From Clostridia bacterium (GTDB lineage: Bacteria > Bacillota > Clostridia > TANB77 > CAG-508): DNA of 64,000 bases. The DNA is taken from the NCBI GenBank assembly GCA_017536685.1, contig JAFXGW010000003.1, positions 11-64,010 of the forward strand, read 5' to 3'. A program made the translations under genes and the position numbers. Shown in pieces: positions 20,633 through 30,799 of the stretch; the first letter of the stretch is position 1, and every line of letters starts with the position of its first letter. Under the pieces are notes generated by a model that worked only from the letters and a program-made list of their open reading frames with translations, made no database searches and was not told where the DNA came from.

Positions 20633-22255
20633 ATGAAATCTTTTTTTGAATGGTTTAAAGCAAGTACAAAAGTAAAAAGATGGATTCTTTTGATTTTAAT
20701 AGGAATAATTTTGGTATGTTATGGAATTTCAAAGATTCTAATATCAGAAGAAATGTCTTTTTTTGAACTTGCTAAAGTAATAGTAATATTTGTGGCTGGA
20801 TTTTTAGCAATAGTTACAAGTGTTGTGTTTATACAAAAAAGAAGCTTAGAAATTATAATAGAAGCTAATAATACAAATACAGAAGCAGGAAAAAAAGCAA
20901 AATTAAATATTAAATCGTTAATTTTCAACAAAAAAGTATATGAAGAAGGACCAAAAGTAGTTATTATTGGTGGTGGTCAAGGTTTAAATACTGTAATTGA
21001 AGGATTTAAAAAATATACTAATAATATTACAGCAATAGTAACTATGTCTGATTATGGAAATATTCCTACTGCATCAAGAAGAGCATTAGATTCTTTGCCA
21101 TTAAAAGACATAAAAGATTCAATTATAGCTATGTCAGATAAAGAAGATATAATGAGAAAACTTATCAATTGGAATTTCAAAAACGAAAGATTAAAAGGGT
21201 TAAATTTTGGTGATATATATTTAACTGCTATGAATGAAATGTACAGTAATATTTCAGAAGCAATATTAAAAAGTACAGAAGTTTTAAATATAACAGGTAG
21301 AGTTATGCCAGTAACATTAGACGAAATAACAATATGCGCAGAATTAACAGATGGAACAACAATTAAGCAAAAAGATAGAATTCCTGAAATTGTTACAGAA
21401 AAAGTAGAATCAATAAATAGAATTTATATATCTCCATCGAATTGTAGACCATCACCTGGAGTTATTGAAGCAATAGATGATGCTGATGTTATTATAGTAG
21501 GTCCAGGAAGTTTATATACAAATGTGTTGCCGAACTTACTTGTAAAGAATGTTTCAAAAGCTATTAAAGATAGTAAGGCATTAAAATTTTATATTTCAAA
21601 TATTATGACAGAACCTGGTCAAACAGATAACTATACATTATCAGATCATATAAAAGCAATACAAGAACATGTTGGACCTGGAGTAATAGAATACTGTTTA
21701 GCAGATACAGGAGAAGTCGTTCCAGAATATATAAGAAAATACAATAAAGAAGGTTCTGATATTGTAGAAATTGACAGCAAAAAATTAAATGGATATAGTG
21801 TTAAAGTAATCCAAAGAGATATGTCTTGTGTGAAAAATGAAAAAATTAGACATAATCCAGATATTATTGCAGCTACAATAATTGAAATGATTTGCAATGA
21901 TTTAAAATTTTATGATATGCAAAATGATACAGAATATCTATTACTACAATCCGTATTAAAAGAACAAAAGAAACTTCAACAACAACAAGAAAAACGATTA
22001 GTAAAAGTTTCAAAAAAAGGCGGACTTTTAAATAAATTGCCAAAGGAAAAAGATACCAGAAAAAGCAGTAAATTTAAAGAAAAATATAGAGAAAGAGTGG
22101 AATCAATTCAAAATACAGATGCAAAAACTGCTGAAAATAGAAAAATAGCTGAAGAAATCGAAAAAATGGAAAGAGCAAAAAGAAATTCTGAAAAGTCATC
22201 AAGAGAAAAAAATGTACATCAACAAACGAGAAGATCTCAAGGAAGAAGAAGTTAA
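20633..22255 (+). CDS. YvcK/CofD-family (gluconeogenesis factor-like) protein with added N-terminal TM region and basic C-terminal tail
   Basis: The core VVIIGGGQGLNTVIEGFKKYTNNITAIVTMSDYG ... IIVGPGSLYTNVLPNLLV matches the YvcK/UPF0052 family. About 100 aa containing 2 hydrophobic helices precede the core, and ~110 K/R/E/Q-rich residues follow it. Confidence 0.75.
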   Translation: MKSFFEWFKASTKVKRWILLILIGIILVCYGISKILISEEMSFFELAKVIVIFVAGFLAIVTSVVFIQKRSLEIIIEANNTNTEAGKKAKLNIKSLIFNKKVYEEGPKVVIIGGGQGLNTVIEGFKKYTNNITAIVTMSDYGNIPTASRRALDSLPLKDIKDSIIAMSDKEDIMRKLINWNFKNERLKGLNFGDIYLTAMNEMYSNISEAILKSTEVLNITGRVMPVTLDEITICAELTDGTTIKQKDRIPEIVTEKVESINRIYISPSNCRPSPGVIEAIDDADVIIVGPGSLYTNVLPNLLVKNVSKAIKDSKALKFYISNIMTEPGQTDNYTLSDHIKAIQEHVGPGVIEYCLADTGEVVPEYIRKYNKEGSDIVEIDSKKLNGYSVKVIQRDMSCVKNEKIRHNPDIIAATIIEMICNDLKFYDMQNDTEYLLLQSVLKEQKKLQQQQEKRLVKVSKKGGLLNKLPKEKDTRKSSKFKEKYRERVESIQNTDAKTAENRKIAEEIEKMERAKRNSEKSSREKNVHQQTRRSQGRRS

Positions 22256-22273
22256 TGAGAGGTAAGAGTACAA

Positions 22274-24310
22274 ATGAAAATAAATAAAAAACAAGTAGAA
22301 TTAAAAGAGTGTTTGGGTAGAGAATGGATTATAACGAATGGTATAGGTGGATTTGCATCAAGTAGTATATTAGGTGCAAATACAAGAAGATATCATGGGT
22401 TACTTATAGCTCCTCTCATGGTTCCTGCACAAAGGCATTTAATTATATCAAAATTAGATGAAAGCATTGTTGTAAATGAAGAAGAGCACAAATTATTTAC
22501 AAATGTTTGTGAAAATTTTATTTCTGACGGTTATAAATATTTAGAGAGTTTTGAAAAAGAATATTTACCAGTATTTACGTATAAAGTAAATGATATAAAA
22601 ATAACTAAAACTATTTCCATGGTTTATGGAGAAAACACAGTTGTTGTACAATATAAAATAAAGAATGGAAAAAATGAATCAAAATTAAAATTGGCTCCAA
22701 TAGTTAATTTTAGAGATTTTCATAGTATGAATACAAATCACCAATATTCTTTAAATCAAAAAGTGATTAGTAATAAGGTAAAATTAGAAGTCGATAATAG
22801 TAATTTTCCATTTTATATTTTTGTAAATGATGGAAAGTATATAGAACATGAAAATGATACTTTTTGGAATATGTTTTACTTAAAAGAAGAAGAAAGAGGT
22901 TTTTATCCAGAAGAGAATCTTTTAGTACCAGGAAGATTTGAAATAATGATAAAACCTAAAGAAACAAAAGAAATTACTTTTATAGCATCTTTAGATGAAA
23001 ATATAGAAAACATTGACGGTAATTCAATAATTGAAAATGAAATTAAAAGATTGAAAAAAATAGTAGAATCCACAGATTTACAAATAAATAAATCAAAACT
23101 TACAAAACAAGAAAAAGAATATAATGACTTTATAAAAGACTTAGTAATTTCTTCAGATAGTTTTGTGATTAATAGGCCAGATTTTGGTACTCATTCAATA
23201 ATTGCTGGGTATCCTTGGTTTTTAGATTGGGGAAGAGATACATTAATTGCATATGAAGGACTTTTACTGTTAACTAAAAGATTTGATTTAGCAAAAGAAA
23301 TATTATTAACATTTACGAGAGATATTAAATGTGGTTTAGTACCGAATGGATATTCAGAAGCGGATAATCAACCTTTATATAATAGCGCAGATGCTTCTCT
23401 TTTATTATTTGAACAAGTAAATAAATTTCTTCAATACACAAAAGATTATGATTTTATAAAAGAAAACATCTATGAGAGTTTAAAAGACATTATAGAAAAT
23501 TATAGTCAAGGAATCGATTTAGAAAACAATAATATCTATATTGCCGAAGACATGCTACTTTGTTCGGGAACTGAAACAACACAAAATACTTGGATGGATG
23601 CTAAAATTGGTAATTTTGCAGTAACTCCAAGAAACGGAAAAGTAGTAGAATTAAATGCACTTTGGTATAATGCATTAAGAACTTTAGAAAATTTAGCAAA
23701 TAAATTTGAAGAAAAAGATGTAGAAAATAGATGCAGAAAAGCTGCTAACAAACATCAAAAAGTTTTTGAAGAACAATTTTTTAATAAAAAGAAAAAATCA
23801 TTAGATGATGTTATAGGAGATTCAAAAATAAGACCAAATCAATTATTTAGCATTTCTTGTACTTATCCTGTAATAAAACCATCTTCTGAAATTGGAAAAA
23901 CAATATTTAAAACAGTAACATCAAAGCTTTTAACAAAATATGGTTTACGCACACTTGCAAAAGGAGAAGAAGGATATATTCCATATTATGAAGGTGATCC
24001 AGTAAAAAGAGATATGAGTTACCATCAAGGTATTGTTTGGGTATGGTTGATAGGCTTATATCATGATTCACTTAAAAATATAATTGATGATGAAAAAGAT
24101 AGATTAGAAAAAGAAAAATTAAAAATAGAATATGAAAAATTTATTAAGAGTGTCTATTCTACCTTTAAAACAGAAATAATATCTGAAGAAGGAATTGGAA
24201 GCATTTCGGAAGTATATAGCAGTCAAGCTCCATTCAAACCAGGAGGAACTTTTGCACAAGCTTGGAGTGTTTCAGAAGTATTAAAAATAGTTACAAAATA
24301 TGATAAATAA
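22274..24310 (+). CDS. Glycogen debranching enzyme (amylo-alpha-1,6-glucosidase, archaeal-type GDE family)
   Basis: 678 aa. EWIITNGIGGFASSSILGANTRRYHGLL at the N-terminus, AGYPWFLDWGRDT, and the C-terminal QAWS motif are typical of this family. Confidence 0.85.
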   Translation: MKINKKQVELKECLGREWIITNGIGGFASSSILGANTRRYHGLLIAPLMVPAQRHLIISKLDESIVVNEEEHKLFTNVCENFISDGYKYLESFEKEYLPVFTYKVNDIKITKTISMVYGENTVVVQYKIKNGKNESKLKLAPIVNFRDFHSMNTNHQYSLNQKVISNKVKLEVDNSNFPFYIFVNDGKYIEHENDTFWNMFYLKEEERGFYPEENLLVPGRFEIMIKPKETKEITFIASLDENIENIDGNSIIENEIKRLKKIVESTDLQINKSKLTKQEKEYNDFIKDLVISSDSFVINRPDFGTHSIIAGYPWFLDWGRDTLIAYEGLLLLTKRFDLAKEILLTFTRDIKCGLVPNGYSEADNQPLYNSADASLLLFEQVNKFLQYTKDYDFIKENIYESLKDIIENYSQGIDLENNNIYIAEDMLLCSGTETTQNTWMDAKIGNFAVTPRNGKVVELNALWYNALRTLENLANKFEEKDVENRCRKAANKHQKVFEEQFFNKKKKSLDDVIGDSKIRPNQLFSISCTYPVIKPSSEIGKTIFKTVTSKLLTKYGLRTLAKGEEGYIPYYEGDPVKRDMSYHQGIVWVWLIGLYHDSLKNIIDDEKDRLEKEKLKIEYEKFIKSVYSTFKTEIISEEGIGSISEVYSSQAPFKPGGTFAQAWSVSEVLKIVTKYDK

Positions 24311-24352
24311 AATTAATAGATTAATTTTAGAATGTAGAGATAATCAAAAAAT

Positions 24353-24387
24353 AAAATTGCCAAAATTGTTAAAATTTTGGCAATTTT
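24353..24387 (+). terminator. Rho-independent terminator
   Basis: A 15-bp perfect stem, AAAATTGCCAAAATT (24353-24367) with AATTTTGGCAATTTT (24373-24387). Confidence 0.8.
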
Positions 24388-24406
24388 AGTAAAGGAAGGT
24401 TTAAAT

Positions 24407-25126
24407 ATGATTGAAATCAAAAATGTTAGTAAATCTTATGTGAAAAATCAAAAATGTATTGACAATCTGAACTTAACAATTAAAAATGGAGAAATATTTG
24501 GTTTTTTAGGACCGAATGGTGCAGGAAAAACAACTACAATTAAAATGATAACAGGGATTTTAAAAATGGATGATGGAGAAATTTTAATTGATGGAACTAA
24601 TATTAGTGAAAATCCAATAGAAGCAAAAATGAAATTTGGATTTGTTCCAGATAATCCAGATTTATTTTTGAAATTAAAAGGAATTGAGTATTTAAACTTT
24701 TTAGCTGATATTTATAAAGTATCAAAAGAGAACAGAAAAGAAATAATAGAAAATCTAGCAAAAAAATTTGATATTTTTGACAATCTGAATGATAAAATTC
24801 AAGAATATTCTCATGGAATGAGACAAAAAATTGTTGTAATAGGGGCTCTTTTGCATAGTCCACATAATTGGATTTTAGATGAACCTATGACTGGATTAGA
24901 TCCTAAATCTGCACATGATTTAAAAGAATTAATGAAAGAACATACAAAAAAAGGTAATACGGTTTTTTTCTCAACTCATGTATTAGAAGTAGCAGAAAAG
25001 TTATGTGACAGGATTGGGATTATAAATAATGGAAAATTAGTTTTTGTTGGGACTTATGAAGAAATGAAAAAACAATTTAAAGAAAATGCTTCTTTGGAAG
25101 AACTATTTTTAGAAATTACAGAATAA
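24407..25126 (+). CDS. ABC transporter ATP-binding protein
   Basis: Walker A GPNGAGKTT, signature YSHGMRQK and Walker B ILDEP are present. ATG 24407 has the SD AAGGAAGG. The ORF-track extension back to 24377 overlaps the upstream terminator. Confidence 0.92.
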   Translation: MIEIKNVSKSYVKNQKCIDNLNLTIKNGEIFGFLGPNGAGKTTTIKMITGILKMDDGEILIDGTNISENPIEAKMKFGFVPDNPDLFLKLKGIEYLNFLADIYKVSKENRKEIIENLAKKFDIFDNLNDKIQEYSHGMRQKIVVIGALLHSPHNWILDEPMTGLDPKSAHDLKELMKEHTKKGNTVFFSTHVLEVAEKLCDRIGIINNGKLVFVGTYEEMKKQFKENASLEELFLEITE

Positions 25127-25148
25127 AATTTAAATTCTAATTAAAAGA

Positions 25149-26807
25149 ATGGAAAAAATTATGAAAGAAATATTTATATTAACTAAAACATTATTAAAAA
25201 GTTCAACGAATGATAGTAAAAAGCAAGAATTAAAAAAGAAAAATTTTTTTAGTAAGATTTTGCTATATATTATTGTATATGGATATATAATTGGGTTTAT
25301 GACGTATATAAGTTATGAAACAATTTCAGGACTTATACTTATAAATAACCCTAGTGTATTTTTAAATATATCATTCGTAGGAATGTTGGGATTTTCTGTA
25401 ATACAAACAATGATAACAAGTTTGAATTTATTATATTTTTCTAAAGATTTAGAAAACTTATTGCCATTACCAATAACTCCAATGAAAATTGTAATTGCAA
25501 AAATTAATTGCTTAATTATATCTCAATATGTAATTTTAAGTTTAATAATTTTACCAGGAATTATTGTGTATGGAAAATTATTAAATTTAGAAGCAATTTA
25601 TTATGTTGTTTCTATAGGATGCCTTTTAATATTTCCTATAATACCAGTAGTGATTGTTTCAGGTTTAATAACAATCATAATGAAATTTACGAAAATAATA
25701 AAAAATAAAGAAATGGTTCAATATTTAAGTATATTACTTTCGATATTTTTAATTGTAATAATACAAGTTTTTTTTACTAATTCAGAAAATCCTACTAAAC
25801 AAGAAATGGCAAATGGATTTCTGAAAGCAAATACAATGATTGAAAGTTTATATTCAAAATTACCAAATATAAAATTAATTTTAAATGCCATTTCAAATTA
25901 TAATAATTTTACAGGATTGGTATGCTTAATTAAACTTTTAAGTCTCTCTGTTATTATTTATTATGCAATAGTATTATTTATATCCACAATATATGTAAAA
26001 ACAGTAACAAGTCTTACTACTGTTAAAGGTAAAAAAGTAAAAGTAAGTACGATTAGAAAAATAAAATCAAATAGTGTTTTTTTGACTTATTTAAAAAAAG
26101 AAATAAAATTATTAATTAGAACACCGATATTTTTTATGCAATGTGTATTGCCATCGATAATATTTCCAATTATAATAGGTGTGCCAGCAATATTGAGTGT
26201 TAAAGAGTCGGGGTGGGATTTTACTGTTTTACAGCAAGATTTTGGCAATATTATAAATAGTAGTTTGGGAATAATTGGAATATTGGTTTCGATTTTATTT
26301 ATGTTTATTTTCAATTATGCTTCAGTTACGGCAATATCAAGGGATGGAGAAAATGCTGTTTTTATGAAGTATATACCATTAGATTATAAAAAACAAATCT
26401 TTTATAAAGCATTTCCAGGAATAGTATTAAATATAATTCCAACAATATACATAATGATATTTGTAGTTATTGTAATTCCACAAATAAGAGTAAAGACAAT
26501 TATATATGTTTTATTAATTTCGCAAATGCTAAATGTTATAAATAATGAAGTATCGATTTTAATAGATTTAAAAAACCCAAAACTAAAGTGGATTACTGAA
26601 TATAGTGTTGTAAAACAAAACATTAATATGATATTTGTATTATTTTTAACAATATTTGAAATATTATTTGTTTTATGGATAGGAAATAAAATAAAAGAGA
26701 CAGATAATTTGTTTGCTTTTCTAATTTCAATTTTTTTATTAATATATTTTTTTATTAGAAAATATATTAATAAACATAAAGAAGAGATTTTTGAAAAAAT
26801 AAATTAA
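25149..26807 (+). CDS. Large polytopic membrane protein, putative ABC exporter permease partner
   Basis: 552 aa with more than 10 hydrophobic segments. It follows the ABC ATPase by 22 nt. Confidence 0.6.
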   Translation: MEKIMKEIFILTKTLLKSSTNDSKKQELKKKNFFSKILLYIIVYGYIIGFMTYISYETISGLILINNPSVFLNISFVGMLGFSVIQTMITSLNLLYFSKDLENLLPLPITPMKIVIAKINCLIISQYVILSLIILPGIIVYGKLLNLEAIYYVVSIGCLLIFPIIPVVIVSGLITIIMKFTKIIKNKEMVQYLSILLSIFLIVIIQVFFTNSENPTKQEMANGFLKANTMIESLYSKLPNIKLILNAISNYNNFTGLVCLIKLLSLSVIIYYAIVLFISTIYVKTVTSLTTVKGKKVKVSTIRKIKSNSVFLTYLKKEIKLLIRTPIFFMQCVLPSIIFPIIIGVPAILSVKESGWDFTVLQQDFGNIINSSLGIIGILVSILFMFIFNYASVTAISRDGENAVFMKYIPLDYKKQIFYKAFPGIVLNIIPTIYIMIFVVIVIPQIRVKTIIYVLLISQMLNVINNEVSILIDLKNPKLKWITEYSVVKQNINMIFVLFLTIFEILFVLWIGNKIKETDNLFAFLISIFLLIYFFIRKYINKHKEEIFEKIN

Positions 26808-26895
26808 GAAATATATTTTCTAAAATATAACCATAATCAAGTTAAAATATATTTAATATTCAATATCAACTAAAATAAATCAGAAAGGAAAAAAT

Positions 26896-27834
26896 ATGTA
26901 TTCAGTAAAACCTTTTTTTCAAATAATGGATGAACTTTGTAAAGAGAAAAATATTATACAAAATGAAATATCTTATGGATGGATAACTCAGCTTAAAAAA
27001 AATAATGTATCAAAATATATAATAGGTTATCAATTTGATTTAAATAGCGCAATAGCTTACAATATTGCAGGAGATAAATTTGCTACATATGAAGTGTTAA
27101 AATCAAATAATATTCCAACAATAGAGCATAGAATGATTTTTAATCCTCAAACTAGAAGTAGATATTATAAAAATAAATTTTTAAACGAAGCAAAAGATTT
27201 GTTTAGACGAAATAAAAACAAATTAGTAATAAAAGCGAATGACTCTTGCAAAGGGAAAGATGTACATTTTTGCTCAGAGGAAAAAGAAATTGAAAATATC
27301 GTGCAAAAATTATTTGAAGAAAATAATGATACATTAAGTGCTTGTCCATATGTTGATATAAGTTATGAATATAGAGCAATATATTTATGTGGAGAAATAT
27401 TGTACATATATAAAAAGAAAAAACCTTATATAATTGGAAATGGAAGAAATACAGTAAAAGAATTAATTGATTTTAAATTCAATAAAAACATGAACGTAGA
27501 CATATGTAGAGATTTAGATCTGGATAAAGTTCCATTTAATGGACAGGAAGTTACAATATCTTGGAAACATAATTTGAGCAGTGGTGCAGAACCAATTGTC
27601 ATAGATGAAACTGATGAATTTATTAGCCAAGTTAGAGAGGTTGCTATAAAAGCGGGAGATGCATTAAATATTAAATTTGCAAGTGTAGACGTGGTTGTAA
27701 CTGAAAATAAAGAAATATTAGTTATGGAAGTAAATGGAAGTGTATGTATGAATAAATTTTCAGAAATAATTCCAAATGGATATGAAATTGCAAAGGCAAT
27801 ATATTCAAAAGCAATCGATAAAATGTTTGAGTAA
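26896..27834 (+). CDS. ATP-grasp fold ligase-like protein
   Basis: 312 aa. The segment AGDKFATYEVLKSNNIPTIEH ... LVIKANDSCKGKDV ... ASVDVVVTENKEILVMEVNG follows the ATP-grasp (RimK/YheC-D-like) layout. The substrate is unknown. Confidence 0.55.
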   Translation: MYSVKPFFQIMDELCKEKNIIQNEISYGWITQLKKNNVSKYIIGYQFDLNSAIAYNIAGDKFATYEVLKSNNIPTIEHRMIFNPQTRSRYYKNKFLNEAKDLFRRNKNKLVIKANDSCKGKDVHFCSEEKEIENIVQKLFEENNDTLSACPYVDISYEYRAIYLCGEILYIYKKKKPYIIGNGRNTVKELIDFKFNKNMNVDICRDLDLDKVPFNGQEVTISWKHNLSSGAEPIVIDETDEFISQVREVAIKAGDALNIKFASVDVVVTENKEILVMEVNGSVCMNKFSEIIPNGYEIAKAIYSKAIDKMFE

Positions 27835-27891
27835 AAAATATATTATAAAAATATGAAACATTTTAATAATAATAGATTATTTTTAAATGAT

Positions 27892-27939
27892 AAAACTCTT
27901 AAAAATATAAGATAAATAATATTTTTAAGAGTTTTTTTG
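27892..27939 (+). terminator. Rho-independent terminator
   Basis: A 15-bp stem, AAAACTCTTAAAAAT (27892-27906) with ATTTTTAAGAGTTTT (27921-27935), followed by a T-run. Confidence 0.8.
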
Positions 27940-27951
27940 TTTTAAAAAGCC

Positions 27952-27980
27952 TTGACAGGTTACAATAATACATATAAAAT
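27952..27980 (+). promoter_or_regulatory. Putative rny promoter (TTGACA-17-TAAAAT)
   Basis: Hexamers at 27952-27957 and 27975-27980. Confidence 0.55.
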
Positions 27981-28086
27981 AATAGCGTAGGTAAAAATAC
28001 AATATAAATTATATAAATAATTAACGAATTTATGAAATAATTTTGTTGTACATTGAAAATTTAATAGAAAAGAGGTAAATGTAATT

Positions 28087-29631
28087 ATGCAAACAATTTT
28101 AATTATCGTTGCCACTGTTCTAATCTCAGCTGCAATTTTTATTCCTGTGGGAGTTCAAATTAGAAAAAAAATTGCAGAATCTAAAATTCAAAGTGCAGAA
28201 AGCGAAGCTAAAAGATTACTTGAAAACGTTAAGATAGAAGCTGAAAACATTAAAAAAGAAGAATTAATTAAAGCTAAAGAGGAAGTACTACAAATAAGAA
28301 ATGATTTAGATAAAGAGATTAAAGAAAGAAGAGGCGACATTCAAGCACAAGAAAGAAGATTAATTCAAAAAGAAGAAAATTTAGAAAAACGTGTAACTCT
28401 TTATGATGGTAAAGAAAAAGAACTTGAAAGAAAATTTGCAGACAATGAACAAAAAAGAGTTGAACTTGAAAAACTTTACGAAAAAGAATTAGAGGAATTA
28501 CAAAGAATTTCTGGATTAACTCAAGAACAAGCAAAACAACAATTATTATCTGATTTAGATAAAGAAATTTCTCAAGAAAAAGCAGCAATTATCAGAGATT
28601 TAGAGGCTAAAGCTAAAGAAGAAGCTGTAAAAAATGCTAGAGAAATTGTTAGCTTTGCAATACAAAAATGTGCAGCTGACCACACTTCAGAAACTACTGT
28701 ATCTGTTGTATCACTTCCAAATGATGAAATGAAAGGAAGAATTATAGGTAGAGAAGGTAGAAATATCAAAGCATTAGAAACATTAACAGGAATTGATTTA
28801 ATAATAGACGATACTCCAGAAGCTGTTATCATTTCTGGCTTTGACCCTTTGAGAAGAGAAGTAGCAAGAATTGCTATTGAAAAATTAATAGAAGATGGAA
28901 GAATTCATCCAGCTAAAATAGAAGAAATGGTAGAAAAAGCCAAAGAAGAAGTAGCAACAATTATTAAAGAAGAAGGTGAAAGAGCTGTTCTAGAAACAGG
29001 AGTTAATAATCTTCATCCAGACTTAGTAAAATTAATTGGTAAATTAAAATACAGAACAAGTTATGGACAAAATGTATTAAATCATGCTATTGAAGTTTCT
29101 AATTTAGCTAGAATAATGGCTGAAGAATTAGGAATAAATTCAAAAATAGCAAGACGTGCAGGATTATTACATGATATTGGAAAGGCATTAGATCATGACA
29201 TGGAAGGAACTCACGTAGAACTTGGTGTTGAAGTTTTAAGAAAATATAAAGAAAATGAAAACATCATAAATGCGGTAGAAGCTCACCATGGAGATGTAGA
29301 ACCACTAACATTAGAAGCTGTACTTGTACAAGCTGCTGATGCTATATCTGCTTCAAGACCGGGTGCAAGAAGAGAAACTTTAGAAACATATATCAAGAGA
29401 TTAGAAAAACTTGAAGAAATTGCTGATTCATTTGATGGTGTAGAAAAATCATTTGCAATTCAAGCTGGACGTGAAGTTAGACTAATTGTAAAACCAGAAA
29501 AAGTTTCAGATGCAGACATGGTAATTATGGCTAGAGATGTAGCAAAGAAAGTAGAAAGTGAAATGGAATATCCAGGACAAATCAAAGTAAATGTTATAAG
29601 GGAATCTAGAGTAATTGATTATGCAAAATAA
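28087..29631 (+). CDS. rny: Ribonuclease Y
   Basis: 514 aa with an N-terminal TM, a coiled coil, a KH domain ([17 protein letters not shown]) and an HD domain (LLHDIGKA). Confidence 0.97.
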   Translation: MQTILIIVATVLISAAIFIPVGVQIRKKIAESKIQSAESEAKRLLENVKIEAENIKKEELIKAKEEVLQIRNDLDKEIKERRGDIQAQERRLIQKEENLEKRVTLYDGKEKELERKFADNEQKRVELEKLYEKELEELQRISGLTQEQAKQQLLSDLDKEISQEKAAIIRDLEAKAKEEAVKNAREIVSFAIQKCAADHTSETTVSVVSLPNDEMKGRIIGREGRNIKALETLTGIDLIIDDTPEAVIISGFDPLRREVARIAIEKLIEDGRIHPAKIEEMVEKAKEEVATIIKEEGERAVLETGVNNLHPDLVKLIGKLKYRTSYGQNVLNHAIEVSNLARIMAEELGINSKIARRAGLLHDIGKALDHDMEGTHVELGVEVLRKYKENENIINAVEAHHGDVEPLTLEAVLVQAADAISASRPGARRETLETYIKRLEKLEEIADSFDGVEKSFAIQAGREVRLIVKPEKVSDADMVIMARDVAKKVESEMEYPGQIKVNVIRESRVIDYAK

Positions 29632-29696
29632 AATTTAATATATAAATTATCGATGAAAAGTTTTATTTTATGTCGATTAGTATATATCTAAAATAC

Positions 29697-29732
29697 AAAA
29701 AAGACAGATTTTAAAAAATCTGTCTTTTTTTG
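29697..29732 (+). terminator. rny terminator
   Basis: AGACAGATT (29702-29710) pairs with AATCTGTCT (29717-29725), with a flanking A-run and T-run. Confidence 0.85.
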
Positions 29733-29743
29733 CTTTGGAAGGC

Positions 29744-29772
29744 TTGACATATCAAGGTTTTGAACATATAAT
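29744..29772 (+). promoter_or_regulatory. Perfect consensus sigma-A promoter (TTGACA-17-TATAAT)
   Basis: Hexamers at 29744-29749 and 29767-29772. It lies 36 nt upstream of the sigH ATG. Confidence 0.7.
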
Positions 29773-29808
29773 GACGATATAAATCGGCTTGGAGGTACTA
29801 AAATTAAA

Positions 29809-30456
29809 ATGTCTAATAATAAAATGCATTTTTTTATTGAAGATAGTAAATATATGAATAAACCAGATGAAGAATTAATTAGGCAAATAAGAAGTGGTGA
29901 CATAAAAGCTCAAAATTATTTGTTAGAAAAATACAAAAATTTAGTGAGCATGAAAGCTAATAAATTTTTCTTGATTGGTGCTGAAGATGATGATATTATT
30001 CAAGAAGGGATGATTGGGCTGTTTAAGGCAATTCAATCATTTGACTTAGAAAAGAATAATTCATTTAAAACTTTTGCAAATCTTTGTGTAGAAAGACAGC
30101 TAATAACTGCTATAAAAACCTCTAATCGACAAAAACACATTCCTCTTAATTCATCTTTTTCATTAAATAATACAGCATATGATGAAAATGATGATACAAG
30201 TATTATGGAAATACTAGATACTAATTTTGTTGAAGATCCACTAGATACAATAACAAAAAGAGAATATATGGAATTTGTGGAAAATAGAATTGATAAAAAT
30301 TTAAGTGGTTTTGAAAAACAAGTTTTAAATAGATATATACAAGGTGAAAGCTATGTAGATATAGCTAGCAAACTTAATTCACCTGTAAAGTCAATAGATA
30401 ATGCAATACAAAGAATTAGAAAAAAAGCAATAAAATGTTTAGAAAATGAAGAATAG
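29809..30456 (+). CDS. sigH: RNA polymerase sporulation sigma factor SigH
   Basis: FLIGAEDDDIIQEGMIGLFKAIQSFD, SFKTFANLCVERQLITAIKTSNRQKHIPLNS is near-identical in pattern to Bacillus SigH regions 2. Confidence 0.9.
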   Translation: MSNNKMHFFIEDSKYMNKPDEELIRQIRSGDIKAQNYLLEKYKNLVSMKANKFFLIGAEDDDIIQEGMIGLFKAIQSFDLEKNNSFKTFANLCVERQLITAIKTSNRQKHIPLNSSFSLNNTAYDENDDTSIMEILDTNFVEDPLDTITKREYMEFVENRIDKNLSGFEKQVLNRYIQGESYVDIASKLNSPVKSIDNAIQRIRKKAIKCLENEE

Positions 30457-30630
30457 AATTATAATATAATTAATAAAATGAACTAATCTCGAATTGTTAA
30501 GAAAAAAATACAAGTCGAAATTAGTTTTTTATTTAAAATTGAATTTATCCAAATAATAAATAACTTTAAATTTGTTTCTTTTGTTCTATTAAAAATATTC
30601 AATGTTTTTCTTTAAATTATGTAAATTTTG

Positions 30631-30659
30631 TTGAAAAAAAATATAATTAATGTTATACT
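30631..30659 (+). promoter_or_regulatory. Putative tRNA promoter (TTGAAA-17-TATACT)
   Basis: Hexamers at 30631-30636 and 30654-30659. It lies 20 nt upstream of the tRNA 5' end. Confidence 0.5.
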
Positions 30660-30678
30660 AGTTATATTGTAATGATAA

Positions 30679-30754
<76 letters not shown>

Positions 30755-30799
30755 TATAATTTTATAAGAAAAATATAATAATAAAAGGAATGATAATTT

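Noticed and set aside
27852-27914. A 20-codon ORF (MKHFNNNRLFLNDKTLKNIR) lies downstream of the ATP-grasp gene and was considered as a possible RiPP precursor.
   Set aside because: It has no SD and overlaps the terminator stem (27892-27935). Its composition is indistinguishable from random AT-rich sequence.
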